A stretch of DNA of 64,000 bases, taken from the NCBI RefSeq assembly GCF_009834535.1, contig NC_045701.1, positions 13,516,001 to 13,580,000 on the forward strand, in the 5' to 3' direction. This document shows positions 1-12,490 of the stretch, one piece after another; positions within the stretch are counted from its first letter, which is position 1; each line of letters begins with the position of its first letter. Source of the DNA: Camelus ferus (taxonomy: Eukaryota). The notes beneath the pieces are model-generated. The model was given only the letters and a program-made list of their open reading frames with translations, did not search any database and was not told the DNA's origin. The position numbers were made by a program, and so were the translations under genes.

Positions 1-972
1 ATGTCTGAGGCTTTAAATTCCAGCTCAGTCTGTGCGGGTGGGCTGGTGAGGTTTTGTATACTGCTGCTGCCAGGTATTTCCTGCCCCTACCTCCAAGGCT
101 TCCTCAACAGCTATAAAGCCATTTAGTCAGCCACATGGCCTGGCAGTTTTGGAGGCCATCAGCTAACAACTGAGTGGTTATCTATTGGAACCAAGCAGAG
201 AGTGAGAAAGGAGGACAGAATTTGGGTGATTTCTTTTCACATGTAGCTCTGTCTGGTACAAATAGCAGAGAGATGAAGTAACTTTATCTTTACAAATCTG
301 TTTTCCATCCTGCTTTCTTTACTTTCCACTCCCTCCAAGCTATCCCTGGGACTTCAACCCCTCTCCATCAAACAGGAAACTTGGTGTGCAGTGCATAAGA
401 AAAATTGTCAGAAGTGGTATTTGCTACTTGACATTTTCTAACAGAATGATAAAAAAAAAAAAGTACAAAAAACATTTACAATAAAAAGACGGCAAATCAT
501 TCATCTGCTGTAGATGCTGCTGGTATATGAAAACCAAGAATAATCTGACATTCCATTTTGCTTTCAGTGACCTCCACCCATCCCTAAAATTAACTGCACA
601 GAAAAGGGCTTAACTCAAACAATAATTTGGCAACAGTCTGCTTAGTGTCCACTCACCTATATTCAGAGGGAGTCCAGGCCAAAAGCCAGGCAGAGTACAT
701 GCCAGTATCACTGAAATTCAAGCATTCTAATGCCAAACTCAATGCAATAACTGTACCCTTCTATTGATGGTAAACTTGGGCTCTATTAAATTATTTTGAA
801 TACTCTGAACCTATATAGTCAAAGCCATTCAGTTAATAATTAATTCAACAAATACTTATTAAGTACTACTATGTGTCAGGCATTGTTTTAGATGCTTGGG
901 ATACAGCAGTTCAGAAGAGAGACAAAACTCTGTTCTCATAAAGCTTTATTCTAGCCAGGGAGGCTATATAAC

Positions 973-1049
973 GAGGGAGGGAAGGAAGGAGAGAGGGAAG
1001 GAAGGAAGGAAGTAAAGAAGAAGGGAAGAAGGGAGGAAGGGAGGAAAGG
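973..1049. repeat. (GGAA)n-type purine-rich simple repeat
   Basis: Imperfect gaaggaaggaagg array read directly. Confidence 0.9.
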
Positions 1050-1120
1050 TAGTGATAAATGAAGAAAAATAAAATAAATAAGACAGAGAATGACAGAGTG
1101 ATTGAAATGAGGAGCTGCCA

Positions 1121-1247
1121 TTTTATTTTATTTTTTAAAGGAAACTAGTAGTTCCTTTTTTAAAAAAACAGAGGTACTGGGAATTGAACCTGGAACCTCA
1201 TGCATGCTAAGCATGCACTCTACCACTGACCTATACCCCTACACCCC
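1121..1247 (-). mobile_element. Camelid tRNA-derived SINE (Vic-1 type)
   Basis: The minus strand reads GGGGTGTAGGGGTATAGGTCAGTGGTAGAGTGCATGCTTAGCATGCATGAGGTTCCAGGTTCAATTCCCAGTACCTC, followed by an A-rich tail. It has Pol III box A (TAGGTCAGTGG) and box B (GGTTCAATTCC) but no intact acceptor stem. Family name from memory. Confidence 0.85.
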
Positions 1248-2179
1248 TGCTAATTTAAAAAAGGTGATCGAGAAAGACTCTGATAAGGAAGTATTTAGGC
1301 TGAGCCCTAAATGAAGTGAGCTCCAGGAGGGAGCAAGCCAGGCAGATTATCTAGGGGAACAGCACAACAGAAAGAAGAGATGGTCCTTGCAAAGGCAGTA
1401 AGGGATGCGCTTGGGATATGCAATATACAGCAAGGACCATTGTGCTGAAACACAGCAAGCAAGTGGGGAAGGGTAAGAGACAAAGTTGGAGTAATAGGAT
1501 GTAATGAAGGGCTACCCCTACATCACGTAGGGCTTTGTGGACCATTGCCAAACCCCAGCTTTCATTCTGAGGAAGCCATTGTAGTGTTTTGCACAGAGAT
1601 GTAGCATCATTGAACTTGTGTTTTGGAAGCTAATTCTGGCTGCTAGGTAGAAAGCAATGTGTCAGGAAAACAACAGCCTCAGCAACAATTTTCAAGTCTC
1701 CCAGTGGAGCAGACCTGAACGAAGGAGTCTCTTGCCTCCCTCGGCTCTCACCCCAGTGGCACTACTCTCTTCATTCCACAAAATAGTTTTTAAATATCCA
1801 CTGGGCAGCTTTAGAGAAGCATTTGATCTCTTAATGTATTTTTCACTTCAAGTTGTTGTTCAGGGATGAGCAAGGAAAGCCTCAATTCAGATCCTTAGGC
1901 GAGGCCAGTGCTGCCAACAGACAATTCCCACCACCTGCTTGTCATTCTCCACTTACCCAGGCAATAAGTGACCCAATCTTTTTGGATACAGCCTGAAGCA
2001 TACTAGGTGTTACTCTGCATGTGGACCCCATTCCAAGTAAATTTCCTAAAAGGGAAACCTAAGAAAGGACCCTTAAATCAAAAAAGTTATTTCCAGTCTT
2101 CATTCTGCCACCAACTTATTCTGTGTCTGGGAAAGTCTTAGTGTCCTCATGTGAAAGTAAGGAGATCAGAACCATCTAT

Positions 2180-2400
2180 CCATTTATTCATTCCACCCAC
2201 ATTTAATGAGCATGTTTCATGGTCCAGGCCCCTGTCCAAAGTGCTGAAGATAAAAAGATAATTAAGACTTGGTCTTTGCTCTCAAGTAGTTTACAACAGA
2301 TTGGGAGAGATGGCTCTGATAATTACATACAATATGATATAATAATTATAGTAATAGAAACGAGAACAAAAGCTCTATAGCATGCTAAAGAGGAAGGCAT
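2180..2400 (-). mobile_element. L2 3' fragment
   Basis: tttattcattccacccacatttaatgagc...gtgctgaagataaaaagataattaagacttggtctttgctctcaag resembles the reverse L2 tail. Confidence 0.7.
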
Positions 2401-3420
2401 GCCTAACTATAGCTTTGCAGCTCTAGCACTCTACAACCTCTGGATCTGCTCTAGGGAGTCTGCCACTCAAATATTCCAACTATGGCTCACTGAAGTCAGT
2501 TCTTCAATAAAATGCTCACATCACTCTTAGCAGTCAATAGGAAAGAGTCATCAAGAAAATCAGGCCTTTCTGCTAAATTTAGAAAAAGCAGCACTTATTC
2601 CAATTTTTTAAAAAAATACACATCTCTATCTTCTGAAACTTGAAGTGCCTCAGAGTGGCTTCTCTCGGGGCATATGGACCTTGGCTTAGCAGCTGGAGGA
2701 GAGGGAAGCCCCCTTGGAGGTGGGGGGAGGAGGGTGGCTGACACTCCACCTGACACACCAATCTCTGGAACCACATCTTGACAACTTCCTTCACTAGCTC
2801 CCTGACTGATGATAGGCCCAGTGTGAAGCATAAAGGAACTCTGACCCAGATGGCTATCTTCATTTACCCAAATACTCATTCTCAAAGAATGTCTGTAGTA
2901 GTATATGCTCATCTCCACACCAGGTATGTATGTCCCTGTCCCTGTCCCTCAGAGAGCTAATCTTGATCCATCCTCAGTCTCTGACCTCCTGGTGTTCTAA
3001 ACCCTTTTTGTGGCTTCAGGGAGCAACTACAACTTTCTGCCCAAGCATCATGCTGTCCCTACGGACCATCAGCAGTACATACTGCCTCAGTTCCCATTTT
3101 GTATTCTCAGCCCACAAATTCTCTGATTTAAGGGTTCTTTCTTATGTTTCCCTTTCAAAAAAGTTACTTGGAATGGGGTTCCCATGCACAGAGTAACATC
3201 TAGCATAATTCAGGCTGTATCCCAAGAGACTGGGTCACTTATTGCCTGGGAAAGTGGAGAATCTCAAGCAGGTGGCGACTGCCTGTTGGCAACACTGGCC
3301 TCGCTTAAGGATCTGAATTGTGGCTTTTCTTGCTGATCTCTCAACAATAACTTGGAGAGAGAGGTGCATTAAGAGAGTAATTCTCAGCCTACAAATAAGT
3401 TTTCACAAAGCCAGTTTATC

Positions 3421-3432
3421 CACACACACACA

Positions 3433-3465
<33 letters not shown>

Positions 3466-3470
3466 GCACG
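3421..3470. repeat. (CA)n microsatellite
   Basis: About 24 CA units with minor interruptions. Confidence 0.97.
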
Positions 3471-5268
3471 CAAAATCACTCAAACCTAAGCATTTGGTGA
3501 ATTAATGTTACTGAAGATTCTGGAGTAGGGTCAGAAGAAGAGTTGACATCAGAGACTTTACAGCCTTCCAGCCAGTCTCTCATAGTCTCTACAATGCTTT
3601 CTGTTCCTTCTCTTTCTCCATTATCTCCCCAGAGCAACAGACTGGATACTCCTCTCTTCCCATGCATAACAGACATGCCCACCTTCAGGGCCCCTCTAAG
3701 AGGTCCTTTTTTAACCCTAAGCTTCCATCAAAGCATTTCCCTCTAACAAATTATGGTACCTTTCCTAAGAAGAATGCAGGTTAATAGAATGTTCTTCTTT
3801 TGTTGCATAAAGAATTATGCAAATAAAGAAATCCCAGAGGAGCAAGCAGATGTCACTCAGACCAGTGTTACTGGAAGACTACAAGGGAATATATGGAAAT
3901 TCTTAAAAGTTAACTAATAACTAGGAACAACCTAGTCTCAAGTATTTGAAGTCATTTAACATAACCTTATTCTTTTAACAAATGTGTACTGAATATCAAC
4001 TATATGCCAGGCATCACATCTAAAAGATGATACTTTTTAAAAGAATGCCTAACTACCAGTCCCTACTTCACTTAAGTCCATTTACTAAAGGAAGATTGAC
4101 AGATGGAGAATAATACAATGTTAGAGAGTGATAAGTAATATAAAATAAATCTTAATGGAACTTTGCTAAGCAGCTTATGTAACCCACATGAATGTAGGCA
4201 CACAAAGGTTATACAGGAATCCACCAGCAAGAATTTCCTAAGCAACTGTGAGAAACTAAGCCATGCAATACTTCTTTTCCCTCTTAAAGTCATGAAAATT
4301 TATAAAATCCCTCATCTTTAGTCCTTGAAGAGATTGAACAACAACTGTTTGTTAACAATGAAGTCAAGTCACACCTGTCACAATTACATGGATTTTACAG
4401 TTAGCAATTAAGCACATAAATAGCTCAGAGTCTAAGAATGCAGTTTATAAGTCTGTGCAGCATAAGCCAAAACTCTGTCTGTCCCTTAGAGACTAAACTT
4501 GGAGTAATTATCAATGTAGAAACTGAGTGTTATCCATCATTGCTGTAATACTTCTGACATAAGAAGTGACCAGTCTTAACAAGGACTTGGGTGTGGCTAA
4601 GATCATCTCGATCAGAGAAAGTCTAGGGTCATCCTGACACATTAAGATATATAAATGGAAGAACAAAAACTAGACTAAACAGCAATTCCCTGGATACTCC
4701 AGTCTAAAAACCTCACCAATACCCTGGTGAAATGGTATGAGAATTAATACCAAAGCACACTGAGGTTCCATCTGCATTTGGTATTTAGTGTTCCATGTAT
4801 GTGCACATGGAATAGAAGCCTTCTCACCATTACAATAATCCCACGGTTGATTAGCCAATTGAAAAAACTGGTTAGGAAGGAAAGAAAAATGGTAATGGAT
4901 TCATAACTTAAACTTTGTTGTTTAATTGTAAAACATATATATTAATTTGTATACTTCATCTGAAGCAGGGCCAAGGCCTGAGGGTGGGTCCTCTGACTGG
5001 GATTCTGTAAAGTCTTGCTTACATATATTACATTCATGATGCCTCAACTACAACTTCCAGTTTCCATTTCTTTAAAGTAGAATTATAATCTAAAGGCACT
5101 TAACAAAGCATCTGATTTGTAGGTTTCTCTAATTCATTCCAATTATATACAGTCATCTCATCCACACCTTACACAACAGCAAAAATTTTAGAGACTTGAT
5201 GTTAACAAGCCTTTCCAAAGCATTTAGATTAGTTTTAGTAGAAACAATTCTCTGTCATTTCTACATTC

Positions 5269-5322
5269 ATTTCACAGATTATGTAAGGTTTATGTAAAAT
5301 TTCACAGATTATGTAAGGTTTA
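5269..5322. repeat. Local tandem duplication, 24-bp perfect unit, 30-bp period
   Basis: atttcacagattatgtaaggttta at both 5269-5292 and 5299-5322. Confidence 0.95.
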
Positions 5323-6410
5323 GTTAAATTGTGTAATTATAATAATAAGTACTAGCAGCATCAACAGGTTTGGGAACAAATACAGTTATCTCTTGATAAG
5401 CATTAACTCACCTGGTGTGAGTGTTCTGGGTGTCAGCCTACCGGCTGCAGGGTTCAATCAGTATGTTCTCAAGAGGGCTTGGGGAAGCCAGTTAAGTGGA
5501 GGCTGGATAAGAGATTCTGTGGTACATGCATGTGCATATACACATATATTCAAAGTCAGAACATTCCCTTTTGTTTGAATGTTCCACCCTTTCTCCCTTC
5601 AACTCAGAAAGAATGCCTTCTCATTCCCTTCTTGATTGAACTTCATGCATACAGAGAAAAAGGTCATAAAAATATTCTAGTGTCCCCTTGCTGTTAATTT
5701 CTAAATAATTGAGTAAAGAAAATAAAGAAGTAAGAAATGCAACAAGAATAGCTTAGATATTGAAGGAGCAGTGACAGGGCCAGTTTCCAGTCTTCCTTAA
5801 ATATCACCTCTACAAGTATTGAAATAATTTATATCCATGTTTATTGACTGAGGCTTTGTAAGACAAAGAGAGGGTCAATTTGCTTTACATAATAAAGTAA
5901 CCAAGTTCTTCTTTTCTGATTTCCTGGAGCATCCTAAGAGTCAGGAGGCTGAGAGCCCTCGACCTAGGAAAAATAGAAGAGAAGAGATACATGGCCTGGA
6001 ATGAAAAGTTACCTAGAAGCAGTCAGGGAATGAAAGGAAAGATGGCCAAGGAAAGGTTGCCAGCTATGCAGAAGTCTGGAAAACTTCAGGTCAGTTATGC
6101 TGACTACATTTATTTATCATATTATTTGTCTGTGCAGTGACAAATCACTCCTCAGATTCCCCCAAACCTCATATCAAAGTCTATGACATATAATACTTTT
6201 TTTTAAGGTGATTTGGTGCAATGCTTCTGTTGCCTGCTTAAAGTAAAGTGGACTTGACAGAAAACAGAAGCTTCAGAATGCAAAACTCTGGATGAGGATG
6301 AAGAGTCAAGCAGAGGCAGGAATTTAAAAGGGGACAGAAATAGTCTTAGGAACATGGAGTGCTGTTTGAGACACCATAAGTAGACCAAGCCACCAAGAAG
6401 CCTACAGCCT

Positions 6411-6689
6411 TACAGAAAACAAACTTACGTTTATCGGGGGAAAGGGGATTGGAAGGGATAAACTGGGAGTTTGAGATTTGCAGATACTAACTAATATATA
6501 TAGAACAGATAGACAACAAGTTTCTGTATAGCACAGGGGACTATTTCAATATCTTGTAGTAGCCTATAAGGAAAAAGAATATGAAAAGGAATATATGCAT
6601 GTATATGTATGACTGAAATACTGTACTGTATACTAGAAATTGACACAATATTGTAAGCTGACTATACTTCAGTTAAAAAATTCTAAAAA
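6411..6689 (+). mobile_element. 5'-truncated lineage-specific (camelid-type) LINE-1 3' UTR
   Basis: gggataaactgggagtttgagatttgcagatactaactaatatatat...ctgtatagcacagggg...gactatacttcagttaaaaaa matches cetartiodactyl L1 3' ends; gagatttgcagatactaac is the camelid-like variant. Possible degenerate TSD aagaagcctac/aagaagtttac. Confidence 0.88.
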
Positions 6690-8974
6690 GAAGTTTACCA
6701 AGGAAATTGTATAAATATGAAATAGTAACGTAAGAGAGCATATCATGTACTAATGTAAACGGCAAGTTGCTGGTGTAGTGAAAATTACACATTAAGCAAA
6801 TGACTGAAAAGTCTTTAATAGGTTATGAAAAAGAGGCTATGCTGCAAGTTCAAGATATCCTTATTAGGAACTATTAGTTACAACTAAAAGAGAACAACAG
6901 CTCTGAAAAAGCAGGATACTCCTCAAGTGTCCTCACCATTTTTATCTATGAGAGACATGATGTGCATGGATAATTGCTATTGTCACAAATTTGGACACAT
7001 TTTCCACAATGATTTTTGCTCTAAAAGTTTAGTTTATCAATATTTGAAATGGACATACATAAAGAAATTGAACTTTCCTATGTCAATAGGCAAGTATTCC
7101 AATAAGTATGAATGGATAAGGTGCAATTCCCTGGGCCCAAGAGGCACATGGTCATTACTTATATTCCTCAAAACCTATGATGCATGTCCTGACAGGAAGC
7201 ACAGCTTCCTTTGTCACTGTCCACTCTCTCTGCAGTGGCCCGTGGTGGCCCTTTCCATGGTGCTATGGCTTCAGTGCCCAGTAGGGCAGAGAAACATATA
7301 AAACGGATCTACATGGGGCCTGCCTGACATGGTCCAGCTTAGAGAGTCCCAGAAATATACTTGAAGACATTTGTGGAACTCAAGCTTCACAAATTTCTAA
7401 AGAGACAAAATTTAAACATTGTATTCTGCACAAGTGTATTAACAAAGAATAAAATGAGAGTCAAGGGAAGTTTCTAGTACAGATTCTTGGGTAAGTCTGC
7501 CCACTCCATCGTTGTCACATACTTCAAGTAATTATTACTTACTGCAGGAAAGGAAAATGGTTTTCTCAAACCATTTTCCCCCACCCATCTGCTGTCAGAA
7601 AGGTCATTATGATGGAAGACGTGTCTACAGAATTGCACAGGACCAAACAAAACACGGCACTACTACCAAAGGCAATTGTGGATCCACATAACAGAATATG
7701 AAGTCCCTGTTCACCATCCTGGTAATAGGCCTTAGGTTATTATACACGTTTGTAAGATAGAAAGATAGATAAGCTGTACATACACATGCTGTGTCCTTCA
7801 CGTACATCCACACATTTGATTTTAAATGAAAATTCTTAGAGTCGTGTTTTAACCCATATTTACCTGAACCCTTCATTGTCCTGGTTTGGAACTTTACCCT
7901 CAACATGCTGTTTATCATTCTTAAAAGGTAGGGGCTATAGAGCTGGCAATAACACTAAGTCATTTGAAATGTGCATTATAAGTTGCAGAGAAAATAAGAG
8001 ACTCTGGTTTATTATGCTGAAGCTGTAAAGCCACGAATACAAAATATGGCTAGCAGTCACCTTGCTTTATTCTTCTTTTAACAACTTACTAACAGTGTGT
8101 AAATATAAAAGCAAACTTTGATTTTTCCATCAGAGCTCTCTAAAATGGATACTAGAGTGCATTTAACATTGTGACCAGAAATATTGAAATTTGACAGCTG
8201 AGAGGTTAAAGGTCTCAAATTTATACATTGAGGTGTTTGTTGCTGTCATCATCCCAGCAGCTTGCTCAGAATAACCCCTTTTGCTTACTGAACCTTTGAG
8301 AAACTGAGAACATTAAGTAATACATCTTGGCAGACGTTCTGGGATTCTACTTCCATCAGGAAGCAAGCCATCCTAAGCTTACTGAAAGAATTCTAGGAAT
8401 ATTAAAGGACATCTGTGCACTTGATATTTAACTATATTGGGTAGAAAAATCTCCTGTTGTTTGTGCCTCCACTCTAAATATTTCAGTCTAAAATTTTGAG
8501 TTTTGGGGTTGTTTTTCTACATACTTCTCACCTAACATTTCCTTCTGCCAAAATTATATTTGCTAATAACCTAGAAAGTGACTGCTTGAATTCTTTCTGA
8601 AAAGGCAGAAATATTACCTCACTCAGGCAAAAATTATCTTCAGCACAAACACCTTCTATTTCACTGCCCATTTCAGTGCCTACCTCCCCATTTAGGTAAG
8701 GGGGAGGTAGGCACTGAAATCCCATTGTCCACCTCTACTCCCCAGGTACCCAGACTGCTCTGTCCTCCTTGCTGCTCAAACTAGCTAGCTGATCAGAATG
8801 CACACTGTTAATATTGAGAAGATTTGAATCCACCTCAAAGTCTTGACCCTTCAAATGTATAAATCTAGTAGCCAATTTGCAAAATCTATAGCAGTAATTT
8901 CTTCAAATAGAACAGTAGTAAACCATAACAAAAGTTCATACTAAAAGAACAAGGAGATGATTGCCACAATATCT

Positions 8975-9110
8975 CATATGTTTTAAGTATTTATCTGGCC
9001 TTATTCTAAATCTATCACATGTATTATTTAATCTTCATAACAATTCCATGAACCATTTTATCACCCCCTCTCCTTTTTCTTTACAGTAAGCAAATTGGCA
9101 AATAGTTTTT
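8975..9110 (-). mobile_element. MIR fragment
   Basis: tatcacatgtattatttaatcttcataacaattccatgaa...tttacag resembles the reverse MIR core. Confidence 0.6.
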
Positions 9111-9702
9111 CTCAAAAGCTGCCTTAAGATACAGATTCTAGGTATTACTTCTAGGCTCACCCATCAGGAATGGATGTCACTAGCCCCACTGCAAAATACA
9201 CAGTTACTATGTCATGAATCTTCAATATCACTAGCCTATTGTTGAAGCTTAGAATGGTAAATCCTGGAACACCAGGATTCTACCCAAACCTATTCTTAAT
9301 AAAATATACTGCTGTAAGAGGTTAACATGTTATCCCTCCCAGGGATATCTGTCATCTAGTAATATCTTAAACCAAAGGAATCATTAGATTGAACATTAGA
9401 TATCAACTTCCTACAAAAGAAAAAAGGAGAGATATTTTTGTATCCTCTCAAATTGTGCTAAACCAAATAACCGTTTCTCCATCTATATACAAGGCCTTAC
9501 CTGGCTGAAGTAAGATAAAACAGGTAGGCCACTGTTGTACCCTTGCTATACCCCTGCTTCCAGGTTTTTCAGAAGGAAGGGACATAAAAACTATAATTGA
9601 ACAGTTAGGAAATGAAACACAATTATTTATTTTTCACGCATAGAGGATACTTGTGAATTGCCCCCATTAAAACTGTGCTGACAAGAAAAAACTTGAAAAA
9701 TT

Positions 9703-9852
9703 CCCTTCAAACTTGAGCCTGAGTAAGTCTGGAGGGATTGTTATAACACAAATTGCTGTGCCCCATATCAGAGTTCCTGATTCTGCATGTCTAACATTTT
9801 CCCAAGTAATGCTGATGCTGCTGGTCTGGCGACTATACTTTGAGAATCAATG
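9703..9852 (+). mobile_element. MER5A (hAT-Charlie MITE) with small internal deletion
   Basis: tcaaacttgagcc...tggagggattgttataacacaaattgctgtgcccc...gctgatgctgctggtctggcgactatactttgagaatcaatg follows the MER5A consensus, lacking the central ggtctggggtgggg segment. Confidence 0.88.
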
Positions 9853-9964
9853 CTTCTTGCTAGGGCAGGGGAAGAATGTACTGAGTTTCCCTATGTGTTT
9901 TGGGATGAATGAGGGAGCTAATTGAGGTGTATTTCCAGCAGTGATTCTCGGGTAGCTCCCAGCA

Positions 9965-10150
9965 TCAAATATGTACTGAACTCTTGTAATGTTCTAAACA
10001 CCATGCTAGGCATTGAGAGAGACATAATGAGGGAGTCAGACATCAGTACATTGTGCTCAGGGAGGTGAACAGGTGAGGCTGCAGCTGAGATCTGCAGGAT
10101 AAATGGGAGTCATTGCAGCCAAGTGGTCTTGGAAAGAGCTTCTCACCAGA
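9965..10150 (-). mobile_element. L2 fragment
   Basis: caaatatgtactgaactc...accatgctaggcattgagagagaca is reverse-L2-tail-like. Confidence 0.55.
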
Positions 10151-11487
10151 AAAGGGTCAGACTGACTAACTAACATTGAAGAGTCAGACTGGGCGAGCAT
10201 CACCAGGGGGACTGAGCTGGAGGCCCCCGGGATGTGGACAGTCAGATCAGCATCAGGACAGGGAGAGAACTCTGCTGCTCAGAAACATGACCTCCATCAG
10301 GGTACTCAAGGCTGAGTGAAGGGGGCAGTGCATACAGGCACAAGCACATACAAACACACACCCTCCTCAGAAACTGCACAAAACAAAGGAGGTAGATTAA
10401 AATGATCCCTGTGGGTCAGCTCTGACCAAGGGTGGTCAGTTTATTTCTGTCCAAAGAAATTGATATTGATATGAACTCCCCCAAACCTAAGGAGAAGCAT
10501 AGAATGAAAAGGGAAAGAATGCTACAAATAGGTATTTTATGTGTCTGCTATGAAACACCTGCATAAAAGGGGAAAAGGAGGAAAATCTATTTTATACCTC
10601 AAATCTAAAGATTTTACATTCCCTTCAAGTTTTTATATTAGAGCCTGAACTTGGCATTTTATACATGTGGCCCACTCTTTATAGCTCTGATAGAATAAAC
10701 GCAAGGGGAAAAAAAGAGGCTAGACAAGTTACCACATTGCCCCTTCCTCATATTTTGTGAAAAATTATCTTTTCTAAGAGTCACAAAAGCCTCAAACTCT
10801 GCATGATTTACTAGGAAGGCTTTAGAAGCCAAAGCTTTTGTAGACTGTTCAGCCATGGCGTATGGGCTCAAGTTTTTCTTAGCTCATCTTCAGGTACCAG
10901 ATTTATCACCTCTCTCGGTCAGAAAAACACAGCTAAGCTATGCCAAGTTTTGAATGATTTGGGATCACTCTTTTGCTCCCATTATGTCCTCTAAAGTTTG
11001 AATAAGATTGCAAAAATGTTTCAGCAGCCACAAAACCTAGTTCCTATCTAAGATAAACAAGCCAATAAGCTAACTGGTGTCTTAACAACAGCAGTTTCCG
11101 ATTCCTTGCAGGAAAACTCATCTGCTAGGTCCCAGTATCCCTTCCCCAAAAGGCACTTTCCCTGCTGATGCCCGCATATCACAGTTTCTTTGGGTAATGT
11201 ATTCCCCCTCAAGTTTTAAAACATGTTATTAAAGCACCTACAGCACCATTTAAGCAGCTTGGAAGCAAGCCTCTCACTAATAAATATTAAATCTCTTGGG
11301 TCAGTGAAGTCCTCCTGCTCCCCCAGCAGAGAGAGTAAGAAAAGATGCCATTTTTTTCCCTTGGCTACCTAATGAATCTCTAACTGCTGATTTGTTTCCG
11401 TTTTCAGTCTGACATAAACAAAAAGGCCTGCAGCCCCCTTCCATGGTTGCCTGAGCTCACCAACCACCATGCAAAGGCAGCAATTTT

Positions 11488-11582
11488 TCATTATTGATAA
11501 AATGTAATGTCATAATGTCATGGCCTTTCAGGTCATCATCTTGGTAAGTCAGCAATGACATTATCACGTTTTATAATGATAA
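11488..11582. mobile_element. Ancient palindromic element, MER135/Eulor-like
   Basis: Imperfect inverted repeat: tcattattgataaaatgtaatgtcat(aatgtcat) versus atgacattatcacgttttataatga. The right arm gtcagcaatgacattatcacgttttataatgata matches my recollection of the MER135 arm. Confidence 0.55.
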
Positions 11583-12284
11583 CAAATGGCCATAATGTTT
11601 GCATGTAATTTTCATTGGCTCCTTCAGAATTCTAATTCAACCCCATCAACAGATGGAACTCAATAGCAACTTCAGACGTCTACTTCACTAGATCTGCTCA
11701 AGGCTAATAGTAAAATCTGCATGAATCAAAGCTCATTAAAGATACAAGGGCCACTCCCCATCCCCCACACTCTGACTAAATGTTTTACTTTCAGAAAGAA
11801 TTTTCGCAGAATGTATTTGCATTGTTGAATTTGGGCATGTAAATGCATTAAATACAGCTACTTGCTATTCATCCATGAACTCTCACTAACCCCTTTCTGT
11901 CCTGCTCATGCCTATACTTCTTTAATCTGTCTAGTGATTTTTGAGTGCTGTGTCCTGCCTGTTTCACGGTAATCATAGAACACTAATTGGTCTAAATGAT
12001 AAGAATCATTCATGGGGCACTTATTTCCATATATTAGCCTTCTGACTCCTCTCTTCCCTGAGGAAGTGGAAATGTCTCATTGTCTAAGCCCAGAATTAAA
12101 CCCAGCATTTTTTTAGAAAGCCTTTTTTGTTTATTCCTTGACAACAGAGAGTAACAACCATAGTAGAGCTAGAACAGATTCACACTCCAGTCCTAAATAC
12201 ACTACATCTAAAATACACTTGGTAGATCTCAAGAAACATTTTATCACTCATTTAGCATTTCATGAAGAGGGAAGAAAGGAGGAG

Positions 12285-12490
12285 AATGGTCATTCACTAA
12301 GTGCTGTGCTATAGAAAATGCCCACGTGTATCATCTCATCTAATCTTCACAACAAACCACAAGAGATAAGAATAATTCTCTGCTTCTAAAAGAAGAGGAA
12401 ACTGGGGCTCAGGTAGTTTACACAGCTGAAGAGTCACTCAGACTTAGCAGTTCTGATTCCAAAATCCATGTAATGTTCCATTGCCAAGAA
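12285..12490 (-). mobile_element. MIR
   Basis: tatcatctcatctaatcttcacaacaaacc...gaggaaactggggctcagg is the reverse MIR core. Confidence 0.75.

Larger units (their letters stand above)
835..1670 (-). mobile_element. L2 LINE 3' fragment, interrupted by a GGAA repeat and a SINE
   Basis: Begins ttcaacaaatacttattaagtactactatgtgtcaggcattgttttagatgcttgggatacagcag, the reverse complement of the L2 3' terminus; L2-like sequence resumes after the SINE. Confidence 0.85.

Noticed and set aside
1171-1247. tRNA gene
   Set aside because: It has A and B boxes but no pairing acceptor stem, and it has an A-rich tail and sits inside an L2. It is a tRNA-derived SINE.
2700-2740. Possible G-quadruplex
   Set aside because: It does not give four G3 tracts with short loops.
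9490-9530. Minus-strand ttcag-CCAG-gtaagg micro-exon-like pattern
   Set aside because: 4 nt is not frame-preserving, and such patterns are expected by chance.
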